Assembly (NCBI RefSeq): GCF_052425735.1
Contig: NC_135762.1
Coordinates: 31,310,001-31,374,000 of the forward strand
Direction of reading: 5' to 3'
From: Oculina patagonica
Lineage: Eukaryota
Length of the DNA stretch: 64,000 nt
Shown here: positions 24,171 to 44,980 of the stretch, piece by piece
How the letters are laid out: each line of letters starts with the position of its first letter
How positions within the stretch are numbered: the first letter of the stretch is position 1
Notes under the pieces: generated by a model
Told to the model about the DNA's origin: nothing
The model's database searches: none
Seen by the model: the letters and a program-made list of their open reading frames with translations, nothing else
Made by a program: the position numbers and the translations under genes

Positions 24171-26464
24171 AATGTGTTACCTTTCTAGTTCCTTCAGGCA
24201 GGCACTGATTTTCAAGAAAAACCTCACTTTCAACATAATGAGCATTGGTCTCCTGATCATCTGTTCCAGAATCCACTTCTTTCATGTAATGGTGGACCTC
24301 TTTACCAACATGTCTCTCAAGAACTTTAACATTCTTCAGCGTGTTAAGAAGCCAGCAACGCTTCCCTGGAAAATTAATCCACCATTTCCATCAACAACAT
24401 CAAGTTTACGACTTTGTGGCATGCGACAAGGTTTACAACAGGCCTATGGCACGAATTGTGTCATATTAAACAAACCTACAACTCGCTTACAATTTTAGCC
24501 AATTTTGAGTCAAGGTTTGGGGTGAGCTTTTCATCAGCACATAAATCTGTGAAACAATATACATGTAACTCTGGGGAATATACCTTTCTCTGTGCCCCCG
24601 GGGTTTGAAATTTGCACTAGACTAATAACTTTTAGTTATTATTTTAGCTATAAGAGTATCTTATTGTCTTACCAGTAGATTACAAGTTTGTAGGAAAGAA
24701 ATAACAATGGTTTTCTCTAAGTTTGCTGAATCATGGTAAGTCAGACAGCTAAGACATGCATGTGAAGCTACAAATCAGAGCCATACAAGGGTGTGAGGTA
24801 AGGAAAATATTTACTAACCTCTCCTCCAGCCACTAGAGATCTATATATTTAGTACCCCTCTTAAATGATAAGATGATAATTGTATTTACTAGGCATAAAT
24901 GTATAAAATAGCCCACTCCTACAAATTAATTTATTATCTATACAAATTACACATCACATGTCACCCTAGGCTACTGACAATACCTTGCAAGGCCTCTGCA
25001 TGTTGTTTGCACTGTGGAAAGTCGCATCTTATGTATCTTGAGTCCCCAGAAGTGTCAAATGCAAACACATTGCTGGGGAACCGTGCAAGAAGTTCCTGTG
25101 TCTGAAGGTATAATCAAGACAAATTCATCTCCAGATTACATGTCCAAATCATAGCAGCAGGAAGATGCTAGCTAGTTTTACTATTTTGGTCATTCCACTT
25201 TATGTTCATCTCTGTTCCTTATGCATGATATACCAACATCACTATTATCACTGATGCTTCTTCCCCACCCCCACCCCCACAGTGTTCCTTAAACAATAAC
25301 ATTAATAGGCCAGAGGAGAGGGAAGGGAGCAGACCAGGTAAAGACAGGGGATTTGATAGAAATTGCATGCCTTTAGCGGGGACTTTTGACCATTTTAGTG
25401 GACTTTCTAACAAACTTTTACTGAAGTTTAGTGACTTTTTTGACCATCCACAAATATCCTGTGGTGGGGCATCTGAACTGAAAATCGCAGCTAAGCTCAA
25501 ATGCCCCTCCTATGCCTGGCCTGCTCCCCTGGCTTAACATTGATAGGTGCATTAAACACCTTTTAAGAAACACTGCCAGCTCAGCTCCTTCATTTTGCAG
25601 AGGATTCACATCAACAGCAAGATAATATTGGGCTATTGCATTTAATATTGGCACCCCCCCCCCCCCCCCATAAAAAAAAATTCTTTTTGGCTTGAATTTT
25701 TATATTCAATTTTCATTACGTTTAATGATGGGTTTTTGTGGAATAAAAGGGTGTTATTTTATTCCAGTGGGTATTTAAGGGCTAACATTTGGCTCTGTTT
25801 GAGGCCTTCTTGTCGTTTTTTCCTTCACAAAGGTTATACCCCCCTAGGGAGAAGGTTATACCCCCCTAAGGAGAAGTTCACATCCAATATGGCTACTCTC
25901 ACAAGGGAAATTTTTAGGTCAGATTGTGCTCAGGAACCGTGTATTTTACACAGAGGATAGCATGAAATACTGCTGTGAGGTTTCCAATAAGAAAAAACCC
26001 TGCGCCATGTCTGTCCTGAAAACAGATGTAAATTCAGCTACCTACGTGGTGAATAATATCAAGGACGTGCGATGTGACAACATTTGATTTTTGAAAATTC
26101 AAGATAGAGTATGGGAAGATGCAGAACAAGGCAGAGATAAGCCAAGGGGCGTTATAATTGGATTTTAGTAATAAAATTTCAGATGGTTTCTGATAGATAT
26201 AAAACACCGCGATTTTTTACTAATAAAGGCTTCTTCGATCGCGAACGAGGTACATGTGACATGTCACAGCTGACAATTCTACAGTACATGTGATCGGAGA
26301 GGGAGTAAAAAGCGATATACGGTGATTTGAAAAGTGTGATTTTCAGTTAAAAGGAAGCAAGACAGATCAACAAAGTTTCTGCATTCGAAAAGAAACGTGG
26401 CATCCCTTACCTTTGCACTTATTCTGCTATCTTCTTTTTCCGCTCTCTTTGTTTGGTCCGCCAT

Positions 26465-26540
26465 GTTGGACCATGTTTGGTGCCTGCGTTTCGATAATGG
26501 TTACTCAGCGGTATCTCCTTGACTGCAGTTTGAAAACAAA
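26465..26540. promoter_or_regulatory. Very short bidirectional promoter / overlapping 5' region between the GREB1L-like/AOPEP unit and ZMYND10
   Basis: Divergent ATGs, both in good context (AACATGGCG on minus, AAAATGGCG on plus) and each followed by a short exon with a GTAAG donor, lie 76 bp apart. Confidence 0.7.
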
Positions 26541-34677
<8,137 letters not shown>

Positions 34678-34917
34678 CCCAGGCTACAATCACGCGAAAA
34701 GTTTTTTACGAGTTGTTTTGGACGCCGATCTCCAAATAGCGTCACAACACGTAAAAACAAGGAAGAACGCTGAGAGACAATGGGTCACAATGGCTGGCTG
34801 GCGTTTGGACATCTTCTGTGCATTATGCGGTGATTTTGAATATTTCCAGTGTGGCCAATCAGTGAAAATTTGCCTCTGTTTTAATTTTGGAGTCACTGGC
34901 ACAGTTTCGTTCGGATG

Positions 34918-35041
34918 TAGACTTGCACCAAGTCGCCCTCTATTGGCGAGCGAAGCGAGCCACGCGTCGCGAAGCGACGCGCAGTGAGTCGCGAAGCGAC
35001 GACCGCGAGTACCGCGCGTAGAAGGACTTTGAGAAAGTCTA
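34918..35041. mobile_element. MITE TAGACTT...AAGTCTA with 9-bp TSD, ~240 bp downstream of the ZMYND10 stop
   Basis: TSD gttcggatg at 34909-34917 and 35042-35050. Confidence 0.85.
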
Positions 35042-35884
35042 GTTCGGATGATGTGCGCGTTATAATTTCCCGCCATTCGTCAGTACGTCACCTACACAAC
35101 AGCCAATGAAAACGCACGTGTTATCTACGTGACTCGCGCGCGCGTGCACTGCGGTATTTATTGCCCACATATAAGAGTAAAGTGTATCATGCACATAATT
35201 GGGACAAAAACGCCTGACCGTTTCAGTGGGGTGGCCGCTGAGAACGTTATATTTTAAATATTTAAAAAATAAAAATTCAGAAATGAAATAAAGTATAAAA
35301 AGGAATAATAGAAGTGTCATTTTGTAAAAAATTCCTTCATCAGTGGGGGTCATCAGTGGAGCGGCAGCCATTTAGAGCGCGCGCGCGCGTCTCTCCTCGC
35401 GCGCATCGTCCCTCGCACGCTCTTCCACTCGTGCAATATGTAGAATGTGTTAGTATTAACTCTTGCCTCACTAATAAACAGCCCCAATAGGCTAATTTGA
35501 TGTGGAATTAGCGTAGTGATTTGTATTCGAATTTGAAAACTATGCCACTTTTGGAGCCCTTACAAAACGTCTCAATCACTGTACCATTCGTGTGTTCGTC
35601 ATGTCTTCATTTTGTAGCTGCCAATCACATGCAAGTTCAAACCAGTCCTCTCGTCCTAACCGCCCCTCCTCTGGCGGCATAGGACTAGAAGAGACTAGTT
35701 CTGAGAAAGATTTTTAAAAAATCTACATGTTTAAGCTGTAAATGTCCGTTTTCTCGGAATGTTTACCAGTCAAATAAAACATCTTAAAAAAGCAAATCCA
35801 TTACTAGGGAAATAGACCGGGACTATTTACTGGCCACAATATTTCGACTAACAGAACTAGTCTTCTACAGGGTAATATAAGAAC

Positions 35885-36284
35885 TACATTCCTTTTTTTA
35901 TAAGAATACAGTTTTTCCGACCCAGGCTGAATATTCTTATTTTTCTGCCGATTTTAGGCTGAAATATTCTTATGAACATTCTAAGAAAATAACGTTTGAC
36001 ATTTCCGTTTAAGCAAGTGTCCAGATCTGTATCGTGTTACATTGTGTATATGTACCATTGCTTTTCGGTACAGCCTGGCCGTTTTGGCTTTAAACAAAGC
36101 ATTCCTCACAGAGATAAAGTGAGGGAAATGAAAATACCTGATTTTGTTTCAACCAAAAACTATATTCTTTTCAAAATCTCAGCCTCGAGTTTATTCTTAA
36201 AATATTCTTAAAAATTCGCAAATTTCAGCCTCGATATTCTTATAAACTAGATTCTTATAAAAAAAAAAAAAAAAAAAGAGTGTA
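35885..36284. mobile_element. ~400-bp MITE, copy 2 (inverted relative to 2811-3206)
   Basis: Shares the internal sequence (both ORF-track peptides contain QPGRFGFKQSIPHRDKV) and the TIRs. Confidence 0.85.
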
Positions 36285-37254
36285 GGCTTTAAGACAGTTA
36301 TTTTTGCAGTGTTGTAAGAACAGCGTCAACTTCAGATAAGGTGGTGGTGTTGACAGTATTGTTGCAAAATAAGAACAACATTTCAAGCATTGTCTCACCT
36401 GCTTGTCTTGCAATGTTTTTTCTCCTGTGAGCTGGATCACTTTCATTGAACTCCCGGGATTGAACCTACCCCCTCCCTCTGACGGCTTACTGAATTAACT
36501 CGACAATGCCAAAAAAATCATGCGAAGGGGAAGGCAAAGAAAAGAGCGCACAGTTTATTCCCCTTACCTATGTTGTTGAAAGAAACGGATTCAGGGTTTG
36601 CTGACCTTGGCAATGAACGAGTCGGCGAGCAAAACGCGACACACGCGCGACTACACGAACGAAATCAGCTTACTTCACGCATCGACTTCGCTGTCCGCGC
36701 GCGTGGTTTGCATGCGTGTCAGCATTCTGTAGCTTGTACTAAATTGCATAATCTAGAAGACAGAGTGGTATAACAAGGAATTTAAACCCAAAAAATTAAA
36801 GCCAGTTATTTTATTTTTTATTTTTTTTTTTTGCAGTGCTGTAAAAAAACTTCAAGACACTGCTGCAAAATAAAATCCTGAAAACAACATTTTCAAAACG
36901 TCGACTTGTTTTTTAAGCGCTCTTTTTGCCGGGATATTTGCAACTTGTTTATTATCGTTTCTTTTTTCAAAAACACTTCAGAAAATCGGTCAATTAAATA
37001 GCTTGCTGAATATGAAATCTTTCAAATAGCTTATCAAAAAATATCTAGTCTTTAGGGTGTAAAAACAACAGCAAAAAACAATAGCAAAAATAACAGACTC
37101 CGCATGGGGGAGCTTAGAGGTGCGTGTTGATACGGCGGGAAAGACTGTTTGAATAAATTTAAGAAGGGATAAAAGACAAAAATCTTTTGATAGACAAGGT
37201 TTTGTCCGTTGAAAAATAATAGAAGACACTCCTAAAAATACAATATATGACGCG

Positions 37255-37300
37255 CATCCAATAAAACAGACAAATCCGGCACTTACGCATGCGCAGTAGC
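37255..37300 (+). promoter_or_regulatory. HMGB-like gene promoter with CCAAT box and NRF1-like GCATGCGCA site
   Basis: CCAAT at ~37258-37262 and ACGCATGCGCA at 37285-37295, in a CpG-rich patch ~200 bp upstream of the ATG. Confidence 0.5.
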
Positions 37301-37480
37301 AGCGCGTCAGGCTGCCTCGTGTTTGTCTTCTTACAAGCGTCTCTTCCCTTGTGCTCTTATACTGAGAGAAGCAGTAAGCTTGTGTAAAAGACCTTGGCGG
37401 AACGAGCTTTTTTTCGGCGCAAAGTCGACAAGAGCAAGAAAACAAGTCATTCGACATCTGAAAAGCGCAAATCCAACGAC

Positions 37481-40400
37481 ATGGAAGGTAATTTTGGGTT
37501 TTCGCTGCATTGCGGCACTTTTATTTTCAAATCTCAGTCAAACTCTTATGAGCGACTCCATGAATTGTTCTCCCCTTGTTGTCTTATATTTCCTTACTAG
37601 CCTCATACGAGGCCTTATGAAGCCTATAGGACGTATGGAAGTGTGCACCACCAAAATCAGCTCAGAAATTTCTTCGGTTCAACCGACAATTTAAGCTCAG
37701 ATATGCTCTAGTTTAGTAAAATAAGCGTCTGTACCTGGAGTAAACGGCGAAAAATGTCCGCTGCGACTAATTTCGAAGCCGTTCGCTCGAAGTTTCTTTA
37801 TTTCAATTCGCGCTAAGGGTATATACACAGGAGTATAAATTATGCCTCGGGGACTTACCGATCTGTTGCACTAACCTAAAGTTTTGATTTTTGCGTCCAA
37901 AATATCGCGACAAAGGGCTTAAATTTTCTTGCAAACGATACTTAAGCTGTCGTTTTGACCTCGAAGATGCGAAGACATGATGTTGTTCTTCTTTACTCGA
38001 AGGAGCGAAGTCTAAGAAACGATCCGCGGACACAGCGCTTCACAAGTCGAGGTCTCCAAAGAAATCCAAGACTGGTAAAGAAGGGAAAAGAAGCAAAAAA
38101 GCATCGAAAGGCGACGGACCACAAGTGAAGAGAGCGTCCTCAGCCTACATTCACTTCACCACGGATTTCCGAAAGAAGCTGAAAGAGAAATGCGAAAAGA
38201 AAGGTGATCCACTACCCAAGGCGAACGAAGTCGCGAAGATGGCCGGCGAAGCTTGGAAGAATCTCTCGGGAGATGACAGAAAACCATACGACGAGAAGGC
38301 CCAGTTAGACAAAGATCGTTATATGAGAGAGGTAGGCAAGAATTCTCGGCAAAACTAAGCTCGAATGTGGAGTTAAATTACTCATTTTTGAGCTGTTCAA
38401 CATGGCCGCCACCCTTTCTCCCTTTCGTGTCAACCGCCAATGTGATGTCACGTGATATTTTTGTTCCTGGGGAAGAAAAAGTTTGCTTCAAGAGAATTTT
38501 TTAATGATTCAACTGCTGTGATTTTGAAGGCTAAAATGTATTTTTATTTCAATTTATAAGAAAAAAGTATATTTTTTTAATCAACATTTTTCAAAAGATT
38601 TCTAGTTTTTTCCACAAATCTCGTAGTTCTCTCACAAATCAATTTCCATGCATACCAAACTTTTAGAAAAAGTAAAAATTTAAAATTTTGTTTTTCACCT
38701 ATTTCTTTTCTTGATCGTACTGATTAACTCTGAAATTTTCTGCATTTCATGTTAACCTTACTTTTAGGAAAGTGTGGGTTTAAATAAAATAAAAATGTGA
38801 GATCTACATTTAAGTGCTAAAGAGCACAAACATTTTTCAGATTCCTTTTGAGTAAAAACCAGTGTTTTGTTTAATTCATAATAAAGAAACAGACAAGATT
38901 GAACTTGGGATTCCCATAGAGAAAATCTAAGGAAGGGCAAATTCTTGTCTACAAGGTCAAAGCTTACTGTTGTTCATTTGCTCAGTAGGTATTTCAAATT
39001 GGCAGACATAACAAACAAGGATGATTTTCGAGCATTGTAAATGACACTTTCATACAAATTGAGATAAACTTGAAAAATGTCAGGCCAATGTTTTTCAAGT
39101 TTACCCGAACACAATCCGTTTTAATCTTCATGAATTTTGCCCATCCATGCCCCTTTTTGGCCTTTCTGTGTTTCTTTTGAGTTCTTCTACAGTTTAAAGC
39201 TGTTGTTGTGATATTGCAGTTAATTCTATGACCAGTTGGTCAGTGCCAAAATTTCCTACAATTGTGTGAATGGAATGTTGCCAGTTTACTAGTCAAGTCA
39301 AAATCAATTCCATACTGATCATGTCAAAATAAAATCTTGAAAGAAGAATTACACAAAAAAGGATCCTGCATGGGGTCTAAGGGTCTAACTGCCTAGACAA
39401 TAATCACATGTAAATCCTAAGTTGTTATTTTGAGTTTTATTTCATTCTAAAGACAATATTACAGTAACTTCATATGTTGTTGACAGTTAAAATTTTTTAA
39501 GTCTTGATGTCAAAATGCAAGTTCTTCTTACTTGTCTTCATATATTTCATGTAACAGCAGTTGAGAGAATTCGATTTGATCGTTTTATTTCCAGTAGAAA
39601 TGGTGTTTTTTCGTTGTTTTTTCTCTACCCAAGTTATTCAAGTCGGATCAATTTAGGTTTCTGGGAAACTGCTCACCTACCCCTCCCCAAACCTAACATT
39701 AACCCTTATCGCTTTGGGCAAAATGTTAGGTTTGGGGAGGGGTAGGTGAGCAGTTTCCCAGAAACCGTAATTGATCCTTCAAGTCTATAGTAAGTGATTG
39801 TTTTTGTTTTCCTTTCCATACAGAGTGGAAAATTGGCTAAAGTTGAATCTGATAAGCCAAAGCGTGCTCCTACAGCTTATTTCATATTCCTTGCTGAATT
39901 CCGAAAGGAAATGGCGGGTAAAAAACTTGATGGTGATCAGAAAATCCCTGCCCTTGCTGGAGAGAAATGGCGAAGCATGACTGACAAAGACAAAGAGAAA
40001 TTCAAGCAGTTGGAGACTGTTGCAAAAAAGAAGCATGAAGGTGAAATGGAGGAGTGGAGAAAGAAGGTCAGTAGAAAGTTGGACAGCGATATTAAAAAAA
40101 ACTTTTAAAAAGCAGACCTCCATTGCTCTAACTCAACGCTCCAAGTTAAGATCATTTTAGTTACCATGGGGACTAAAATTTTGGTGCTGGTGTCTAAATT
40201 AAAACCGAAGTCGCCAGCCTGGCGACTGAAATTGTGAAGAAGGATTGAAAGCATATTTGCTTAATTTAGCAACTGAAATTTATCACTGGCAACCAAACTT
40301 GAGCAGTTGGTGGCCAAATGGCCACTAAGGAAAAAAATAAACTTGGTGGCTTGTAACTGTTAATTCATATAATTTCTTTTCATTAAGGGTGTATTTATTT

Positions 40401-43400
40401 GCGTATTTAATTGTCATACACGTATAGCTGTCGCATTTGCTTACACTCGCTTCTCCCCATACCATAGTTTGTTTTTGGGAAAGGCAATTGAAATTTGGAT
40501 GTGGAACCTATGGTGTCAAGATATATTTGCCTGCTGTCATTTCCTGCACAGCTTTCCCATTTCTAATGGGGGCTCAGAATAGCTTAGACCTTTCTGTCTT
40601 TGCCCTTATTTAATATTACTGCTAGCCTGATTGTTTGACTAAAAAACATTTACTGTAAACCAGTAAAGCTATTGTCATTTTAAACAGAGTCCAATCCAAA
40701 CATCTTTCTTTATTTATCAACAACAAAATTTGTTGCCATAGCTACGTGGAAAGATGGAAAAAAAAATACTCCAGTTTTGACCTTTTAAAGTTTCTATTTT
40801 TGATATATTTTTGTCAAATCAACAAAAGAAACATTTTTGGGAAAACAAAGTTTTAACTGTAGCATTATTAATAGTTCCTACCTTGTTATTTTGTAGAATG
40901 CTGGAAAAGAGGCAGCTCAACCAAAGGCAAAACCAGAAAAAAAGAAGCCACCACCCAAAAAGGAGGCCCCCAAACCATCTGAGTCAGAAGATGAAGACGA
41001 CGATGATGATGACGAGGATGATGAAGAAGAGGAAGAGGAAGTTGAGGAGGATGATGATGGTATGTTCATGTCAGGGCGTAAAGGGGCTTTGTCACAGATT
41101 AACCAGATTTTTGAACAGCCAAAATATACAGCTCTGTTGTCAGATCAAAGCTTAAAGCTTAAAAGCAAGACCGCATGGTGATCTGGGTATTCACTGGAAT
41201 TTTGCATATTGGCCCATAGGAAATGTACCGTAGTTATTCGGTTATAAGGAGCACGGTTTTTTCGAAAAAAATCTGTTTTCCTGTGGGAAGTTCATTCCAA
41301 AATTGGGGTGCATCTTATAGCCGAGTATTTTCGCCCAACAAAATCTTATGACCGCCATTTTACTGGAACTTACAGTTAAAACAAGAGAAATGAAAACACT
41401 TACTGTTGGTTATTGACTTTTACAGTAAGATAAAACAAACGTTAAGTTTAAACGCAAAGTTTATTATCGCTTATATAAAACGAGTTTTAGAAACATCTGT
41501 ATATGCCAGCATTTTGTTGAAATTAGACAAAGAAAATCAAGCATACTCATTTGAAACAAACCTTTTTAAGTGTGGAAAGTGAAAAATGACTTTAGAAGAC
41601 AAGGAAAACATCAAAAAAGCTTGAGAATCTTTGTAAACCACTCGATTAACAAAGTTCGTAGCGATACGAAGCATGCTTGAGGACTTGGTAACCAAGCTAC
41701 AAACTCAATGGTCACTGGTAACAACACATCTGCCAGGTTACTAAGCAGCTAAGTTCGAAGCATGAACGATGGAAAGATGTTTTGCTCAAGTGGATTTACG
41801 TCTTTTTTAGCGGGAAATGTTAGCTTTTTACTCGAAGATTGTTCCAAGGAGTATGACCAACATTCAAATTTTGTAAGAAAAAACTGTCCTCTCCAACTCA
41901 TGGTGCGTCTTATAACCGAGTGTTTTTGGAGAATTTTCAGTTTGTAAACTTAGCATAACAAAGTTGCCAAGTTTGGGGTGTGTCTTATAACCTAGTGCGC
42001 CTTATAACCGAATAACTACGGTACTTGTAAGTGTGTATTTTTGCACATAAAGAATTCATCAATTTGTTTACCTCGGAGCAGACCTTTACTGTACAGCTTT
42101 CTTTCACTGTTGTAGCTTTGAGTTTTGAAAAGTCTTAGAAATGGTGTTTAGTTTGGTTAAAAGTACCTTGTTTCCACATGTCTGCAGAGAAAGAAAACAT
42201 GCAAAATCGCGTTTGTCATGTCCTTACATCTCATTAGTATTCAACACATGTATGCAGTTGCTCTTTTCTTCGACCCATACTACCTATGTAGACGGGTCTT
42301 GTCTTAAAGCTTTGGTCGGACAATGTTTATTGAAATACCATAGTTGTATATTTGTGTCATAGGAAACCTAAAAATATTGGTCCATTTTTATTAGCAATTG
42401 CTTTGTTAGAGCACTGAAACTGTTAGCAAGTGTCTTTGGCTGCAGATGGCTAGGATGGAAATGGATCACAACTTGAAAAACTGAGGCTAAACTTTTCAAG
42501 TTGTTTCTGGGGATCTTCTTATAGCCGTAGTTTGCTTTCTCTCTGCAAATTAAGGTTAGGAGTTTTAATTGGTGTGTAAAACCAAAACCAATGTAATTCT
42601 TCGGCCATCCAAAAAACCATAAAAAAGAAATTGCGGGGAGGGGGGGAAAAGGGCGGGGGGGGGATTTTTTTTTTTGGGAAAGGGGGGGGGAAAAAAAAAA
42701 AAAAGAAAAAACAAAAAAAAAAAAAAAAAAAATTAAAAAAAAAAAAAAGAAAAAAAAAAAAATCCCTGTGATGTAGCTCCTTTAAATTTATCTCTATTGA
42801 AAATCACTATATGGCTAGTAATATTCGTGGTTGTTATTACACTTCTGTTCTGAAGCACAGCTTTATCTTTTAATGGCCCTTTTCTTTTAACCAGAGTCTT
42901 GCTGTGGTTGTATTCTACTGTAGTCTGATCACGTGTTTGTTATTCACTTCCCCTATCACAAAATTACCTCTATTCTTGCCAGGGATGTAAATGTTTGTAA
43001 ATTTAAATGTTTTTTATAGTGGTCATGCACTTAGCTTCAAGATAGAAAGTTTGCAGGCATGCCACTGAAACAGAAGAAACAAATATTCTAAATGAACATA
43101 ACATGATTTAAAATCCCAACTGCCAGGAGGCAGACCAGTTGGATATATACAAAGTTTAGTGTGACGGAGGATTTGAACTCCGGACAACCGAGAACAAATC
43201 CAGCTAGTGGCAGGGTGGAAGTTTTGAACCCTGGACCTCCAGATTACAGCAGCAGCGCCCTAAACCGCTTGGCCATGCGGCGTCCCTGCTGCTGTTTGTG
43301 TAGACATTTCTATCTTATCATTTATGCGATAAATGGGCAAACAGCGAACTAAGATGAGATAGTGATGAATATCAAAAGCTGGCACAACATTGATTTTTTG

Positions 43401-43842
43401 TAAGCGAATGGTCTTTAAAATGGATTTCCTGAGAAATGCAAATAAGCCGCTTTCAGTGTTAAGTGCATAGCTATCTTTCTTCATCCATCTTTCGACATGC
43501 TGTTTGAAATGAGCCAATCAAAACCGATGCAAATGAGCCCACAAGTTCAGAAGGTCATACTTGTGGCCTGTGATTTGCGGATTTTGATCCATTTTGTTTG
43601 TTTAGCATGTCAAAAGATGGATGTCAATTGACATCTGCTATGCACAGGTGTAAGTAGGTTTTGAGTGAACTAAACCAAGCTTATAATATTTGTAAAGGCA
43701 ATAATCATGGGTTTTGTACAGTTATGTTTAGAGCAACTTTATTGCCAACATTTGTATAACTTTTTAATCTGGGTTATTTTTAGGTGGAGATGATGACGAC
43801 GACGATGAAGATGATGATGATGATGACGATGATGATGAGTGA
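37481..43842 (+). CDS. HMGB-type protein: basic N-terminal extension, two HMG boxes, long acidic tail; 5 exons, 266 aa
   Basis: Exons 37481-37487, 38003-38331, 39824-40066, 40897-41059, 43784-43842 (TGA), with consistent phases. Box 1 VKRASSAYIHF..AKMAGEAWKNLS..KPYDEKA; box 2 PKRAPTAYFIF..AGEKWRSMTDKDKEKF; D/E tail. Confidence 0.9.
39645..39777. mobile_element. Palindromic 133-bp MITE with 8-bp TSD
   Basis: ggatcaatt..aattgatcc foldback; ttcaagtc at 39637-39644 and 39778-39785. Confidence 0.88.
41078..42785. mobile_element. TTAA-type (Kolobok-like) element in HMGB intron 4, carrying nested insertions
   Basis: Left end aggggctttgtcac, right end gtgatgtagctcct-ttaa. The body aligns by eye with the shorter copy at ~58262-58592 and the fragment at ~10091. 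Confidence 0.6.
41226..42023. mobile_element. Nested TA-CCGTA MITE (~800 bp)
   Basis: Perfect TIR taccgtagttattcggttataagg / ccttataaccgaataactacggta. Confidence 0.88.
43090..43285 (-). mobile_element. tRNA-derived SINE of a second family
   Basis: The minus strand reads ccgcatggccaagcggtttagggcgc..ccagggttcaaaact (A/B boxes), followed by the body. Confidence 0.65.
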
Positions 43843-44980
43843 AGAACCTGGCATTCGACTTGCATTCTTAAAAAAGAGAGCCATTCTTGTATTCTGTGTT
43901 GCTGCTCATTCATATTTACAATTTTTAGTGTCTTTTCTGATTTGAAACTCCAAGAGTACATGTCCATTGCTGTGTCATTAATGTATTAAAGAAATATCAT
44001 TTGTAAACATGCCAGATTTCATTGACACTTTCCCAGCTGGCATTTTTTGTCCTTAGTGTAATTTTCTTGCTAGCAGTAAGACCATTTGAAAAAATGCTGT
44101 TTGAATGATTTTCATCAAGTTTTGAAGCGAGGAAAGTGCACAGATCAAACTATTTTTCTGTTGGCTCTGTAAAATTAGCCCAAATGGATCCCACTTTTTT
44201 GTTAACAGCTTAGAGAATTTAACTTTTGCAGACATAAGTGTGATTGAGTGGCAGTTGCTTTGGCCTAAAAGGCGTGTTCATTTTACTATTAGCCAGACGT
44301 ACTATTGTTAAATAGTATTAAATAGGATCTCCACTATGTAGCTACATGTATTTATTCTGATTTAGTTAGATCTGTATAATCGATAAACAGTATCATTATG
44401 TTTACAGGCATTAGTGCCAACAGAACATCATTTTCAAGCAAATTTTGTTTACACTGCATTTAATTGTGTGCCATATTGAATTCTCTTGTAATAAATGCAG
44501 AATGTAATGCTGTACAACATGGTCTAATTAACATGCTGAATTCAGTCACAGCTTTGGAAAAGTCATTGCATTTATCAAGGAATTTTTTGCAAATAATCTT
44601 TCTTTATCATTTGGTGTAAGATTCTGGATGTGGTTAACACCTCATTTCTTATGAAAGGTTACAGTAATTGCTTTGTTGACTTGACTGAATTTCCATTCCA
44701 CACACTGTAAAGCAGAAAAGAAATGTGGTATCTCACTTGGCCTTTTGGCTAAGATCAAGTGTAGTAGTTTGGCCACATTGCATCCTGTTAACAAACTGAA
44801 ATGAGGACATATGAAGAAAAACCTTTGATTTGCTTGTAAAGGATAAAACATCTTTTTTAACCATGTAACCTTGGTAACAGGAGTTGATGTAAGCCCCTTG
44901 TTTATGCATACTTGATTTCTGTTGGCACTGTCTGTAAACTTAGAGATTTTTTTAGTTTGTACATGCATGTATATGTTTCA

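Larger units (their letters stand above)
16194..26464 (-). pseudogene. Decayed GREB1/GREB1L-like coding region (N-terminal and central parts only), contiguous with the first AOPEP exon
   Basis: Putative exons 26464-26411 (ATG), 26015-25903, 25632-25560, 25101-24984, 24546-24181, 23509-23266, 22863-22756, 22678-22647, 21655-21365, 20910-20626, 20146-19373 and 18319 onward. Peptides resemble GREB1/GREB1L as recalled: AGFFLIG..YYLAVD, VVDGNGGLIFQGKRCW, CVVITQN, FPTVEVVTVLSCHSSCQGQVF, ETGSQVADL, ASFTALADAI. In-frame stops occur at 23333-23335, 20132-20134, 17844-17846 and 17003-17005, with several frameshifts. Confidence 0.7.

Noticed and set aside
42605-42762. Extreme poly-A/poly-G tracts (also ~13390-13500, ~20215-20340, ~25655-25740) as functional or G-quadruplex elements
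   Set aside because: They look like homopolymer-inflated, low-quality versions of repeats seen elsewhere in the window, so they are likely sequencing or consensus noise.
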